NCBI RefSeq assembly: GCF_964194025.1 | Contig: NC_134473.1 | Coordinates: 62,558,001-62,622,000, forward strand | Direction: 5' to 3' | DNA: 64,000 bases | Origin: Convolutriloba macropyga | Taxonomy: Eukaryota | Shown: piece by piece, positions 38,401-50,200 of the stretch | Layout: each line of letters starts with the position of its first letter | Position numbering within the stretch: position 1 is the first letter of the stretch | Notes under the pieces: model-generated | What the model was told of the DNA's origin: nothing | The model's database searches: none | What the model saw: the letters and a program-made list of their open reading frames with translations, nothing else | Made by a program: the position numbers and the translations under genes

Positions 38401-38661
38401 TGTGTACGAAGCAAGAAAAAGCACGATGTCGGAATTCATTTAAGCAGTCAGGAACAAAAACAAGAAACACGAAGCAACGAGCTTTTAAATGACACGCAAC
38501 GTGTGAATGTAGCTGTTTCAAGAGCAAAGAGCAAGCTAATTTTAATTGGAGATCTGAGTACTCTCGAGTCTTACGATCCAATGAAAGTGATAATAGATAT
38601 TTTGACCAATAAAAGGTGTGTGTTCACTTATACGGACCACAAATCCGATAATAAATTGTAG
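35401..38661 (+). CDS. DNA2: DNA replication ATP-dependent helicase/nuclease DNA2, single coding exon, 1086 aa
   Basis: ISGTTIVSSIRCKRK (first Fe-S Cys), GNIMHEIF, GLKGKMD and LELKTG (PD-(D/E)xK nuclease), QVRLY, CANCEQRFNC (Fe-S). SF1 helicase motifs GMPGSGKTT, TNAAVDN, DEASQ, VGDEHQLAP, QYRM, TVDKFQGRDKD, RVNVAVSRAK. Confidence 0.98.
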   Translation: MNSTAQMQKRTRDGDTYECGENNVTTEQQKRLKIDLTLTDGASASTVLQDVINLPARKASPCSSTYLRDIRKTRFTVQKCTVINTSQFRLSLKQGEKDFTLDVSGRWCDDVKYDEGASISVFPCEKLLETGSDSISTEDTEKLLILYPNFLISGTTIVSSIRCKRKTVLNELFKRGMFAKPLLLGNIMHEIFTTCFQNRNFSRSFFLENYRNVCKNVSHLESFYALDISPDMLAKEIEQYISPVARIGGALLGKFPSKPLEELNVHKLVCEQVERNAWAPSVGLKGKMDVIAVPQSTSEDTKVILELKTGKDSNSIEHQDQVRLYGTIMKSEKISNCSKGALVYLKSGNIYPVKDQSISLRELVIIRNILVYYLTQSGLRKVKKGNENTIDMKDIAANLPDLEEDQFNCANCEQRFNCGLMSRLTGSKNSEKGKVPNLTELHADSYVVTPSHLKFFSKWHSLCLMEFPISPEPEYAKMWMEPFEELVKKGLTEGNLVLVSQIKAQLDDSVLVTFEKSTTEHLSNLLEGDRVLISSQCLSVINIASGTVSKVANRKITIIVEQEITVGQQSGSSFSHWRLDKPSQETTTSSTLSIMLSNLSQLMTQSGNSRVKRLRELILDNEDAAFEETDKHLIPTELRPQAKAILCGLNGQQKLAVRKVLMSHDYTVIRGMPGSGKTTVIVAVIRLLVLCGHRILLTSFTNAAVDNVLLKLKKLNNEPIKMVRLGVKSRVHADLHCFLPGANGLSYNAVASQFDNANVIAGTVFNVHHPIFSGSKRKFNFCVVDEASQILLPLCIGPLFAAQRFVLVGDEHQLAPLVSNEKAKREGLAESLFEYIASRNNKAVFSLSEQYRMNESIMALSNKLSYNGQMKAANAKVAERALDVKFQMSCNKECCNWLNSSFDPKNAAVFIDTSKSSERFEAEKNNSYFNILELNIVQLLLKVLQGCSVPMQSIGVICPYRQQLIQAQAKLGSLGPEFEGLEVHTVDKFQGRDKDVIILTCVRSKKKHDVGIHLSSQEQKQETRSNELLNDTQRVNVAVSRAKSKLILIGDLSTLESYDPMKVIIDILTNKRCVFTYTDHKSDNKL

Positions 38662-39594
38662 CGATCTGTTTTACGATGCAGTATTGATTGTGCCTTGTTT
38701 AGATTTTGTATGATTTGTTTGATGGTTTTCATTGATTTGTACAATTAATAAATTTTTAGTTTCGCAGACTGGGTAATTGTCAGTGATGCAAAGCTCTTGT
38801 GGTTTTTGATTAGCCAATTTTGACTTCAATTACGTGGAAATCAAAATCACGCTCTTGTGTAAATGGAAATACTTCAGCAATTTTGGGTTGATATCTACGA
38901 AATTTTTAAGAACCGATTTGTCCTTTGTACCATAATACAAAATACTGAAAGTAAGTAGGAAGTAAAGACGATTGATACTAAGGACGGAACGGGAACACCT
39001 ACGGCCCTCATTAAGACTGGCCTTTTTACTCTTGAACTCAGTGAAAGTTTTAATCTAAATGAGTTAGTAAAGAAATTCAATTTCACGCAGAATTGCAGGA
39101 ACGATATAAAATACTCGAAGTTGAAGAACAGAAATTATTAACAACGAGTTGGAGTGCCAAAAATTAGCAAAATTTGAATTTAATTTACACGACTGATGGG
39201 TCCCAAGACGTTCAGGAAGCTGCAAGCGTGGAAAATTTTTGTAAAACATTTTTTAATAGCCGCAAAGCGATTGCTGATGCCCCTTGGTTTTTACAATCCA
39301 AAGTATTTGGTTTGTATTGGTGTGCTGTATTTTTTTAAAGATCTGTTCACGCTTTTTTGGACTTTTTCACGTCAGTGAAAACGCAAATTAGAGGTGTAAT
39401 TTCAGTCACGCTGCGGTATTAAAGGGAGCAAAAAATCAATTAAGTTTGAGGCGCGATTTTCCAACTACTTTTAAAGGAGTGAGAAATTGGTGTTTGAACA
39501 AATTTTCGGTTTTTGATAGAGATTTTTTTCCATGTGCGCCAATTTGACTTTGATTCCAGTGTTTTTTCTCTTGAGTCCTTTTAATATCATATTA

Positions 39595-41930
39595 TTAATA
39601 GCCGCATAGCAATAGCTGGGGCTATAATTGGCCTTCTCTTGGTTTTTTTATTTTGTCAAAATTTTTGTTATGACCATATGACGTCACAACCACTTTAAAT
39701 CTGCCTTTTGTTCATTCGTTCATGCAATTTCAACTGGATTGCGTGCGTGACGTCATTTTTCGCTCTTAGTGGAGTGAGTTTTTTGTTCATTCGCGTGATT
39801 AAATTTTTGGTCACACTTGACTTACCTCACTCTCAAAAATGACTTCCTCACTTTGAAATTGACTTTTATTTACTTTAATTCAAAGAGATAAGGTCAAATG
39901 GGTGTGTGTCACTCTAAATTAAGGTTATTTGAGAGCAGCTAATAGAGGCAGCAAAAATGTTACAGATTTTTAATCAAAATATAATATATCAGCCTTCAAT
40001 AAAAAGACGATTTTTTTGGGCTGTCGTTTTTACTGTTTTTTTAGACTGCAGATCTACGAAGCTATTGCGGCTGTTTTCTGGCAATCTGCCAGCAATGTTA
40101 TATATTTTAATATTATATGTGTTTTTCTTCTTTTGAAATTGTTTGTATTTGTCAACGGGCTGCTAATGCTTGTTAGCTCTTTAACACAATTTGTGGTCAT
40201 ATAATATTAGTTAATTGTTTATTTTCGCCCCATTTTTATATGTTGCCTTATCACTTAGATGACAGGTTTGATTGGTTATGAATTGGGCATAAATCAGCAT
40301 AAATCATGATTTGAGTTTACAGCTGCTGGTTTTCATGACTTTCACACTTTCTCTCACAATTTATTAATATCCTGAGTTTTTGCTACTTTTGTCTTATTAT
40401 TTAATTAATAGCCGCACAGCGATAGCTGGGGCTATTATTGGCCTTCTCTTGTTTTTTTTTATTTCGTCGTCATAATTTTTGTTACGACCATATGACGTCA
40501 CAGCCACTTTTTGTTCATTCGTTCATGCAATTTCAGCTGAATTGCATGTGTGACGTCCTTTTTCGCTCTTAAGGGAGCGAGTTTTTTGTTCATGCGCGTG
40601 ATTAAATTTTTGGTCACACTTGACTTACCTCACTCTCAAAAATGACTTCCTCACTTTGAAATTGACTTTTATTTACTTTAATTCAAAGAGATAAGGTCAA
40701 ATGAGTGTGTGTCACTCTAAATTAAGGTTATTTGAGAGCAGCTAATAGAGGCAGCAAAAATGTTACAGATTTTTAATCAAAATATAATATATCAGCCTTC
40801 AATAAAAAGACGATTTTTTTGGGCTGTCGTTTTTACTGTTTTTTTAGACTGCAGATCTACGAAGCTATTGCGGCTGTTTTCTGGCAATCTGCCAGCAATG
40901 TTATATATTTTAATATTATATGTGTTTTTCTTCTTTTGAAATTGTTTGTATTTGTCAACGGGCTGCTAATGCTTGTTAGCTCTTTAACACAATTTGTGGT
41001 CATATAATATTAGTTAATTGTTTATTTTCGCCCCATTTTTATATGTTGCCTTATCACTTAGATGACAGGTTTGATTGGTTATGAATTGGGCATAAATCAG
41101 CATAAATCATGATTTGAGTTTACAGCTGCTGGTTTTCATGACTTTCACACTTTCTCTCACAATTTATTAATATCCTGAGTTTTTGCTACTTTTGTCTTAT
41201 TATTTAATTAATAGCCGCACAGCGATAGCTAGGGCTATTATTGGCCTTCTCTTGTTTTTTTTATTTCGTCGTCATAATTTTTGTTACGACCATATGACGT
41301 CACAGCCACTTTTTGTTCATTCGTTCATGCAATTTCAGCTGAATTGCATGTGTGACGTCATTTTTCGCTCTTAGTGGAGCGAGTTTTTTGTTCATGCGCG
41401 TGATTAAATTTTTGGTCACACTTGACTTACCTCACTCTCAAAAATGACTTCCTCACTTTCAAATTGACTTTTATTTACTTTAATTCAAAGAGATAAGGTC
41501 AAATGGGTGTGTGTCACTCTAAATTAAGGTTATTTGAGAGCAGCTAATAGAGGCAGCAAAAATGTAACAGATTTTTAATCAAAATATAATATATCAGCCT
41601 TCAATAAAAAGACGATTTTTTTGGGCTGTCGTTTTTACTGTTTTTTTAGACTGCAGATCTACGAAGCTATTGCGGCTGTTTTCTGGCAATCTGCCAGCAA
41701 TTTTATATATTTTAATAAGGTCAAATGGATGTGTGTCAATCTAAATGAAGGTTATTTGAGATCAGCTAATAGAGGCAGCAATAACTTATACAGATTTTTA
41801 ATCAAAATATAACAGATCGGCCTTCAATGAAAAGACGAATTTTTTTGTCTGTCTCTTTTGCTGTTTTTTTAGACTGCCGATCTACGAATCTATTGCGGCT
41901 AATTTCTGGCAATCTGCCAGCTATGTTTTC
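39595..41930 (+). repeat. Tandem array, 803-bp period, of HINE-like family B element (about 500 bp) plus about 300 bp spacer; 3 copies and an extra 3' end
   Basis: 5' ends ttaatagccgc at 39595, 40405 and 41208. 3' ends ttgcggct followed by hairpin ctggca-atc-tgccag at 40078, 40881, 41683 and 41906. Near-identical units produce the repeated 62-aa ORFs. Confidence 0.93.
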
Positions 41931-42689
41931 ATTAGGCACAAGTCCCATAGGGTGTTAATTGGGGTTACTTTAATCGATTTATGTGTTTCATGGTTGCTAA
42001 CGAAATTTAAGTTAATCAATTTATTTGTTCGAGACCGTAGCTATTGGTTTCTGGGAGTTTTTCAGTACTCATCTTCAATAGTAATAGCGTGATGTAGAAT
42101 AGCGTGAAGTTTTTGAAAAAAATTATTAAGTCTCGCAAGTTTTTTTTACGGCGACAACAGTTCTATTTGGCTTCTTGGGGTGGCTCATTTTTGGCCAGCT
42201 TATTAGTGAATCTCGCTTCCTTTGCAGTTATTTTGTCTCTTTTTGTGCCAATGAAACTGCTAATAGGGTTTTTTGACGCGTTAGATATAATTTGCTGTCG
42301 TTAATGAATTTGGAATGTAGTTATGTGGTATTTTCACTTTGAGTCAGACTTTGCCAATTATTTTTGCCAAATTGATTGTTGACATTTCTTTGGTTTGTTG
42401 CCTACCCTGCTTTGTTGGCAATAATTCCCACAGGGTTAGTTTATTTTTTAGTCGATTTAAGGATGAATATTTTCAATTTTTAATTTGATGCTAATATTGG
42501 TCTTTCTTGAAACACTAGACCTTGGAAACAAATCTTCAAGATGTTTGTCCTTTTTTGTGTTTTTGCTCGTATAAGGTCGTAGGTTTTGATGACTGTCTTG
42601 CTTTCATGTTGTTTGTTGTTGTGAAATTGATAAGTTTTAGGTCCTAAGTTAATTCAATTCTTTAGATTGTATTTCAGCACTTGTCTTGC

Positions 42690-43117
42690 TATGTTTTTTT
42701 TATTTGGTCAGTTTTTGCTAGGACCATATGACATCACAAGCACTTCAAATCTGCTCTTTGTTCAGTCGCTCACGTAATTTCAACTGAATTGCATCTGTGA
42801 TGTCATTTTTCACTCCTAGTGAAAAGAGTGTTTTTGTTTAATTGCCTGATTAATGTTTTGCTCACATGTGACTTACCTCATTCTCAAAATGACTTCCATC
42901 TGAACTTGACTTTTAATTTAATTTAATTTTCTAATTGAAGGGTATTGTAGGGCAGCTAATAGAAGCAGCAATAAATTAAACAGTATTAATCAAAACATAG
43001 CATCGCAGTTAATTAAAAGAAGTTTCTTTTTGGGTCTGTTTCTTAATTATCCTTTTGAGACCAAAAAAATCTAGGAACCGATTGCGGCTAATTACTGGCA
43101 AGCTACCAGCCATGTTC
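42690..43117 (+). mobile_element. Diverged family B copy
   Basis: gaccatatgacatcacaa, gacttacctcattctcaaaatgacttcc, and 3' end attgcggctaattactggcaagctaccagc. Confidence 0.8.
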
Positions 43118-44431
43118 GCAGAATTGGAACATTAGAACACTTTTTGCCATTTTTTAAAAAAAAATCTGACGGCCCTCTGCGTCTGCTGACGCCTGCCTGT
43201 ATCTAAACTCCACGGGAACACCAAGCGACAGTTCGACGCTGAAGTATTCAGAACTGTCTAACTGAGCTACAAATTCAACAGAGGGCACCAGAAATAAAGA
43301 TCGAGGTCAAATGAATACATGTGTTCAACAGAGAAGCAGAATCGCAATTATGTGAATTCTTTGTTTTGAAATGTTCATTTAGCACTAGAATAAAAGTTGC
43401 CTGAAAGCTTGAATGTTTTTTGATATAGTACTATTATTGCTCAATATGTTATAAAGGTTATAAAGTCTGGCAAGTGGTTCAAAGCCAAGCTTTGGTTGAT
43501 GCGGACCTTTCTCTCGTGTTTTTAAAAAACTGATATCTCATTTAACAATCTTGCCTATGCGCGCTTGTTAATAATCTTAGAACAAACAGAAAAAAATCTA
43601 AAATTAATTTTGTTTGCCTTCGTGTAAGTTCAGTTCATCAGTTTTGATAATTGGCAATATTGGTTTTCTTCCTAATTAATTAGAGGACTTTAGCGTCTCT
43701 AACAATGACCTATAGAATCTTGACAAAGCAAATTTTCTTTTTTGCTTGCCTTAACTGTTTCGTAAGTTTTTAATGAGATTTAAATCACTGTCAATCAAAG
43801 TATTCACGAGCCTTTTCTACTGCGAAGCTTTATTTCTGTTTTGCTTGGCCTTTACTTCTCATTATAACATGGAAACAAAATGACGCTGAAAATGGTTTTT
43901 GACGTATCGAGCTGTTGATAGATTTAAAGGAAGCCGGTGGGCCTAGTGCATCCATTAATAACTGTAGTCAGAAAAGAGTCGTCTAATGTGTATAATTTAC
44001 AAGGTTTCGTGAGGTTTGTATCAGTTAATAGCAGCAGAACTATCGCCAATACTGAGCGTTGTTGTCAACGTATATTTTATAGTTGACGTAATCTTCAGTA
44101 TTAAAGGACAGTTATGCTGGTTTCACTGCGTTGTTGACGGATAGAAAACTCATGTAATCGGTAGATTTTTTGCGCAATTTCATCCAGGCTCGTGTAAACA
44201 GATTTGAAGCGCCTTGATTTTTTTGGATAGCAAATATGTAAATTGGGGAAATATTACCAGATGTTTAAAAATTTACATTAAAATCTAATAAATTTATTGG
44301 TTTTAAATCAATTAAATATGTAAATATAACATTAATTTCCGTAATTTGTTTCCGTAATTTTGGTTGTTGGCATTACAGGTAAAAGTAGGACGTGAAAGAT
44401 TTGAGTTTTGAAAGCAATTTTTCCATTGTGA

Positions 44432-46754
44432 ATGTCAGGGGGTTATGAAGTTACAATTGCAGATGAAATGAAGCGGAAGTCTACCCTTGTCCACAAAAAA
44501 GAGCCATCCCTTTCCACTCTTTCGGAGGAATCCGAATCCCCGTTGGCTAAAAGCGCGCGCAAACGGAAGCCCCCAAATTGCAGCATTATAACACATAGTG
44601 CGTCTGTCAAGAAACGTTTGAGAAATGCGTTGCCAGACATTGAGACTCTGCTTCTGAGCAGTGAAGGTGCTGAAAACGACTTTGAAGCCTCCGAAGACGA
44701 CTTATCACCAAATCAAGAGGAGGCATCCTTGCATAGTTCCCAATCAAGCGACAGTAGTATTCTTGCTGTCAATTCTTCGACCACACTCGATTTAACTCAA
44801 GCCTCGGCTGTAAATGAGGCTGAATATTTTCTGGACAGCGCTGTCAATTATTCAGCTGCTGTGAGTGACAACACCGATCAAACATTTGTTTCTGCTACTG
44901 GTGGTGTGGACAATTGTGGGGAGTTGGATTATGTGCAGTTGGCAGTGGCTGAAATTGATCGAGTGTTTGCAGAGCAAGAACAACCAAATGAGGTGTCGTA
45001 AACTTTTCGAAACTCTTTTGATACCTAGGAGGCAAAAATTGAGTATTTCTTATTAAACCGTCTCTTACGATAATGAGAAGAAATGGAAATAGACAGGCCT
45101 CCTAATCATAAAATTAAGTCAACAAAATAATTGACAGATTTAATATCCCTTAAGAATTTCGATTTTGACAAGAAGCTCAGGAACGATCCTTGAACATGCA
45201 AAATTCTATCCGTTTAGTACGCCGCAAACCCATAAATGCGTAAATATCTTGTTAATGTAACATACTGAAAACGGGTTTATTTGTCAGGTGTTGGAGACGA
45301 ATGCTGTCGAGAGTGCATCTTATTCAACCTATAGTATCTCAGATGAAATAGGAGCTGCATCCCCTTACGTTCCACTTGTCGACACCGATGCCTTGATTGA
45401 TATGTCAACTATTAGTAGTGTGGACTCAGCAATGCTTCACTGTGACGCTACCCTGCCCACTACCTTTCCCACTTCCGAGCGGGTTCTGTCGCCCCACGAT
45501 GATCCATTGGAGGGTATTGTCAATGCGGGAGATAGTGTCGACTTGACAACTGGTCAACACCAGAATCGTGACGAAGAGCAGCCGAGGATTACGTATCTAT
45601 TGGAACCCTCAGAGCGGCAGCGTAGGAAAGGTACTATCGGTGACCAGTGGGCTAGAAAGTCAAGAAGTCAGAAGGTAGTGGCTGCGTCTACCATCAATTG
45701 TGATAGTTCTGAGCAGGAACAGACAAAGACAGCGTCACAGTGGTCAAGTTCAGACGTCGAACTTCTGAAAGCAAACATTGAGAATTGCGCCACGATTTAT
45801 AAATGCAGTCCCCAAGAGATCATTCACAACTGGCAGAAAGGAACGCGAGGCGATTTCTACAAAATCATATCGACGGGTTTGAACAGACCTCTGAACTCAA
45901 TATACAGGAAGGCTCTTAGGCTGTATCCAAAATCTCGCGCTAGTAATGGAAAGTTCACAGAAGCAGAAATTGATAGATTGAAAGTACTGCACGAGAAGTT
46001 AGGCAATAACTGGGTCCAGATTGGCATCGAAATGAACCGAGATTCAGAGTCTGTCAGAAACAAATTCAGGTGTTTGAGGACTGCAACTCAAAATGGCGGA
46101 TCGTGGTCTGATGAAGAAACAGAAAAACTAAAAACTGCTATTACCTCCATATATGGCGAGAACTCAGTACCGTGCTCAAAAATGGACTGGAATAAGATAT
46201 CGAAAGCGGTGAAATCGAGGAACGCAAAGCAATGTAGATTCAAATGGCTTTACGGACTGTACCCAAAAGTTGTCAATTCTGAAAAGACTTCAAACTGGAC
46301 CATAGATGACACGTTATTAATATTGGAAAATTTAATAAGCAGTGGAGCAAATAGCGAAGATGAAGTTGATTGGGACAGTTTGTGCTCACAGCTGAAGTTC
46401 ACGAGGTCACCCCAATGGCTGAGAAGGTTCTGGTCCATCGGTTTGAAAAAGACCATAGGCAATGGAGAGAAAATTGAATTCAAAGAAGCGCTGTACAAAC
46501 TTCAAAAATTTTTCCACGAATGCAATCAATTGTTCCATTCTGGACTTGATGTGTGTGAGGAGGATCTGATATCCAATTACACGTCATCAATTCTGGATTG
46601 TCATAGTCTGAATGAAGTCATTTTGTCTTCTTCAATTGATGACGAGACCCATTTTGAATCAGTGATGGCGTCTTTTGATCAACAGAGTGTAGATGAAATT
46701 GAGTCAAACTGTTTGAATAAAGACACAACCCATTTAGAACTAGAAACTAAATAA
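44432..46754 (+). CDS. DMTF1: Cyclin-D-binding Myb-like transcription factor 1 (DMTF1/TTF1/Reb1 family); exons 44432-44992 and 45288-46754, about 675 aa
   Basis: FYKIISTGLNRPLNSIYRK, GKFTEAEI...GNNWVQIG, WSDEE...RNAKQCRFKWL and VDWD...RSPQWLR match the DMTF1 Myb repeats. A phase-0 GT..AG intron at 44993-45287 joins the two ORFs in frame; the donor is inferred. Confidence 0.88.
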
Positions 46755-46872
46755 CCAAAAAATAATTTCAATTTTATATTTTTATAAAGCCGATTTCTAT
46801 TTCAAATTTTTCTGAGAATCCCTAATTAATATTTGTCAAGATCATTTTCTAAGAGTAAGCGATATTAGATAC

Positions 46873-47214
46873 CAGGCCTGGACAATAGATCGAAAGCGAA
46901 TAGGTAGAATATATCGAAAATGAAATTATTCATATTTGGAGTGGCCAACCAGATTTGAGTACTCAAATGCTACAGCGTCTAACGTATTCGATTGTGATGA
47001 TATGTTCGGTTTTGATAGACTCAAGTCAAGTTCCAGAAGTCGCATGATCATTGCTCGCAAGGCATGGTCAATTGGGTTAATGTTATTTTAAAGTTTGTAA
47101 ATAGGGCCTAATTACAACCAATAAGAATAAAATTTATTTTTCTCTCTACTATCCAAATTTTACTGTTGTCCATCTGTTGTCCTTCGATCTACTGTCCGTT
47201 CACGTCCAGGCCAG
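46873..47214. mobile_element. Small MITE-like element
   Basis: Left end caggcctggacaatagatcgaa; right end ttcgatctactgtcc...gtccaggcc (imperfect inverted termini). Confidence 0.5.
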
Positions 47215-47299
47215 CCTATTTTGGCGATACAATGCGTAACCATAGACATTTATATATCGAAAGAAAGAATTTATTTCTTTGATCAAGTACCAATTAAGT

Positions 47300-50200
47300 A
47301 ACAAGTACAAAAATAAACGTAATTATTGACTGGTACAAACATGGGCAGGGAACGTGGTATTTAAACCCACACGCCCTGCGGTTAGAGACTCTGTAAACTA
47401 GGCAGTAGGACTATTTTTAATAAAGATGTTCCTATGATAACAAAAACATGAAAAATGAAGAAATGGACTTTAAAAAACAAAAACTTAAAAAGTCTTTTTG
47501 CTACAGTCGTCAAAATTTAACAGCAGCCTAATTAAACGTAGTTAAACCTACTGAAGGCATAAAATAGGCCTCCAAAATTTTTTGGTTTAAAAAATTTTTT
47601 AAGTTTTTCAGAAGCAATTTTAGCTGGAAAAGTTTGAAAAATTTTAAAGAATTGAGATAACTCGGAAACTGAAAGGAATTGAGTGCTCATATTTTTTCAC
47701 AAAAATCCCATTCCCAAACTAGATGTCTGATAGCATTTATTCAAGGGGTCGTTTTTTAGGATTTCCTAGAAAAATTATTCAAAGATGTATTTCACTATAT
47801 CATCGTTATTAATCAAAAATGTATCCTTAAATTTATGATAAAAACTTTTTTAAAAATTTTCATTTGATCCAATAACATTGTAGGGAAGAACATCATTTTA
47901 CTCAATGAATTAAAGAGCTTCGAAGCTCTGGATTTAACTGATCGTTTTTCAATCATTGGCTCACAAGATGATTTAATTAGCAATGTGTTTGATGCACATC
48001 GCGTAGGTAATAATATCACATTGATTAGAGATTATCGATTTCAGCACCGATAAATAAGAGACAAAAGAAAATTTAAAATAAAATGCCGAGATATTTACTT
48101 ACGGGGTCAATGGAAATGCACTTGTTTTCAATGTCAAACCTATTTTCGCTGGGCTTCAAATTCATTTGGATGGTCTTTTTAACATTGAAACAAAGTATAT
48201 TAGCATCTAGACAATGGTTAACATTATCAATTTCTCTTTGCACTTCCTCACTGGACTTACTAAGAAACGTAAGATTTGTATCACATGCAAAAAGGAGGAC
48301 TTAAGCATGTTAACAATGAATTGGTAGGTCATTTATGTAGATAAGAAAAAGCAGGAGGCCTAGTATAGACCCTTGTGGTACTCCATGTTATACTTTTAAC
48401 CATTGCGAGGAAATGCAATTGACTTCTACTCTTTGCATTCGGCTCCTGAGATAAGATGTCAACCAACACAAAGCATTACCTCTTATTCTATATCTTTCTT
48501 AATTATAACGTAAAATTGTGTGATCAAGTGTATCAAACGCCTTCCGTAGATCCAAAAAGAAGCAGTTTGTTCTTAATTTTCCAGTTTTTCCTTATTTTCA
48601 TCGTTAACTCAACTAAAGCATCGATGGTACTATGCTTGTTTCAGAAGCCGAATTGACAAGAGGAGAGGAGCCCGAATCGCTCGAAGAGGTTTTATAACCC
48701 TGTTTACATAGCACGTTAAAGAATTTTACACCATACATTTAGAAGTAAAATTGGGCGGTAGTTATTTTCTAACTTACTGCCATCTTTGTGCAGAGGAAGT
48801 ACCTTTGCTTTCTTGAGCGATGAGTGAAGGAACAATTAATAGAGTGCGTCATGAAGTGAACCGTAACATGGGTTGATAATTTAATTATTGTATTACCTAA
48901 GCAATCATCACCAGATGATGTTTGAGCTAAGCTATCAATGAACTCTTCAACTTCAAACTCTGAGACCGGGTGTAAATATAAAGACTGGTCATTGTCTGGA
49001 ATAGGAATAGGAGGCATGTTATTGATCCACCGACGAATATTATTAGGTACATTGACAAAATATTGATATCTGCCACGTCACCGATAGGGTGACTGGTTCG
49101 CTTCATAACAAGAGGATAGAAAAGGAATCTTTTTTGAGTGCGAACTTCTGCCACTAATTTTATTTAGTAAATAATAATTTTACCTTGAATCGCCAATTCT
49201 AGACTTAAACTTTTGTGCATAGTAAGATTTTTCTGATATTTCGTATGCGTTTTCCTAATTTTTATGCTGAATTTATGCTAAATTCGCCAGATAATCTGTA
49301 TTATTGGCGTTACTTTTTCATATTTTATGAATTTTGTTACGCTTTGTTTTAAGACTTTTCATGGAATTTGTCAATCATTTAGGTTTGTTATTTGATTTAG
49401 TTTCCTTTTCATTTTGCATTGGGGTAAACTTATCAAAGACCTTAATAAAACTTAAGTAGATATTTCAAAAGCAATGCTTGGATCGCTACTACTTAATATT
49501 ACAACTTCCCTGAGACGCAATTGTTCTTGGAGTTCATGCAACAAGAGCTGTCTCTGAGATTCAAAATGAATAAATTTTGTATTTCGAAATTTACAATGAG
49601 CGTCAGTCTGATCGAACTCCTTGACCGACCAACAGCTAGAATAGGATAATGGCCTGCACTGTTTTGAGGGAACAGAATATCTGATGTAAATGATGGAATA
49701 TTTTGGTAGATGAAATGACTTAAGCAGGTTGATGAATGATCAGTCTGTCTAGTTGGAGTATCCGAACTATCGAACAGACTGAAGTCGTTTGCTTTTATAT
49801 TATCGACGTAGTTGCTGCTTATCAAATTCTTGAGATTTTGTCGGAATTTCCCCGACGAAAATCCCCGCATACTGTAAAAGTCGTTGTGGCAGAAGTATTA
49901 CATTGCAGATATTCCTCAAGTAACTCAATGAACTGAGTTTTGTTAGTTCTATGTTTATTGTAAATCACCAAGGTTTTAAATGTGTATGATTGGCTGCTTA
50001 TTTCAACACTTATTGCCTCCTCGAATGGAGTTTGCAAGGTTTTGTCGTCGCGCTCTCTTGGACTTGAATTATCATCCTCCGCCATACTTGTCACGATTTT
50101 TCACCTCAATGTTGGAGTATCAAGGCAAAAGAAAATTAGAAGTATCATCATCTAAGAGTGTCTCCGAAAGGCATATGACTTTGGGAAGTGATTCAATCCA

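Noticed and set aside
40016-41812. Three near-identical 62-63 aa ORFs as a small gene family
   Set aside because: They start at TTG codons and are by-products of the 803-bp repeat.
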